From an uncultured Puniceicoccaceae bacterium (GTDB taxonomy: Bacteria; Verrucomicrobiota; Verrucomicrobiia; Opitutales; Oceanipulchritudinaceae): a stretch of 64,000 nt of DNA. The position numbers were made by a program, and so were the translations under genes. The notes under the pieces are model-generated. The model saw only the letters and a list, made by a program, of their open reading frames with translations, ran no database searches and had not been told where the DNA came from. This document shows positions 63,135-64,000 of the stretch, one piece after another. Each line of letters starts with the position of its first letter. The stretch's first letter is position 1. The stretch is from assembly GCA_963933835.1 (NCBI GenBank), contig CAWVVV010000001.1:32001-96000 (forward strand), in the 5' to 3' direction.

Positions 63135-63587
63135 CTAGCCTTCAGTAGAGACGCTCGAAACGCCTTCGAGAGCGGATTCCAATGCTCTCCATGAGAGCGT
63201 CGCACATTTGATCCGGGCCGGAAATTTCCGAACTCCGGAGAGTGCCGCCAAATCACCATCTGTATCCAGATCGGGATGACGGCCATCGGCTTCAAAAAGC
63301 TCCAGCGCCTGCCCAATCGTGGTCAGAGCATTCTCCACAGACTTCCCCTTAACCGCTTCGGTTAGAATCGAAGCGGAAGCTTGCGAAATCGCACACCCTT
63401 GCCCCTGAAAAGCAACCTCAGTGATGCTTTCGTCTTCGACACGAAGGAAGACCTCAATCGAATCCCCGCAGAGGGGATTCCGACCCTCGGCCTGATGCGT
63501 CGGAGCCTCCAAGCGGACGTAGTTACGCGGCCGCTTGTGATGATCAAGAATGATTTCCTGATACAGCTGAGTCAGGTCTTCGGACAT
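63135..63587 (-). CDS. sufU: SUF system Fe-S assembly protein SufU (NifU-like)
   Basis: LYQEIILDH, NPLCGD, GCAISQASAS, ARIKCATL. Confidence 0.93.
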   Translation of the reverse strand: MSEDLTQLYQEIILDHHKRPRNYVRLEAPTHQAEGRNPLCGDSIEVFLRVEDESITEVAFQGQGCAISQASASILTEAVKGKSVENALTTIGQALELFEADGRHPDLDTDGDLAALSGVRKFPARIKCATLSWRALESALEGVSSVSTEG

Positions 63588-63604
63588 CGTTTTAAAAAAT
63601 ACGC

Positions 63605-64000
63605 CTAGCGAAAGAACCGCTCGATTTTTGCCACACCTGCGATGAGACGATCGACTTCGTCCTCGGTGTTATAGAAGGCGAAACTCGCGCGAGCGGTGCC
63701 AGGAATTTCGAGCGATTGCATGAGCGGCATGCAACAGTGATGCCCGGTACGGATAGCGATGCCTTCTTGATCGAGAAATGTGCCGATGTCGTGCGAGTGG
63801 GCGGATTCCATGACGAAGGAAACAACTGCCACCTTGTTCTCCGCTTCACCGATGATGCGAAGACCAGGGATCTCGCGCAGTCCTGCTTCGGCACGCATGC
63901 GCAGCGAAGACTCATGCGCTTCTGCACCGGTACGATCCATCGCCATGAGGTATTTCAGTGCCTCAGCAAAAGTGATTACGCCAGCGATATTGGGTGTGCC
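63605..64000 (-). CDS. sufS: Cysteine desulfurase SufS, 3' part (gene starts beyond the window)
   Basis: GTPNIAG at the window edge, HSHDIG, RTGHHC, RASFAFYN. Confidence 0.93.
   Translation of the reverse strand, partial: GTPNIAGVITFAEALKYLMAMDRTGAEAHESSLRMRAEAGLREIPGLRIIGEAENKVAVVSFVMESAHSHDIGTFLDQEGIAIRTGHHCCMPLMQSLEIPGTARASFAFYNTEDEVDRLIAGVAKIERFFR

Overview
A gene-dense bacterial chromosomal window. Gene content (Alternative Complex III next to a cbb3-type oxidase, monomeric IDH, DapL, OpcA/Zwf, Rho with a long N-terminus) suggests Verrucomicrobiota, probably Opitutales/Puniceicoccaceae; this assignment is an inference. The left 13 kb is a respiratory cluster: actABCDEFG-ccoS-ccoN plus an upstream CcoI-like Cu P-type ATPase. 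The rest is mostly housekeeping (rho, coaE, pgsA/pgpA, coaD, scpB, ilvD, murJ, zwf/opcA, pyrG, dapL, ppnP, topB, icd, folC, fused gcvP, acyP, sufU, sufS) mixed with accessory genes. Best candidates for something undescribed: (1) an atypical flagellin followed by a very divergent flagellin-like protein with an internally duplicated domain, a sigma28-like promoter and adjacent amino-sugar genes; (2) a PanC paralogue and a PhoD-like protein that have lost canonical substrate or metal ligands; (3) modular intergenic arrays of short repeat elements joined by a shared 16-nt linker, plus a GTAG-type REP hairpin; (4) a multi-hairpin leader upstream of actA; (5) a Trp/Gly-rich C-terminal module on a GH16-CBM6 enzyme. 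At least eight accessory genes are frameshifted, interrupted or truncated, while all recognisable core genes are intact. No rRNA, tRNA, CRISPR array or intact transposase was recognised.
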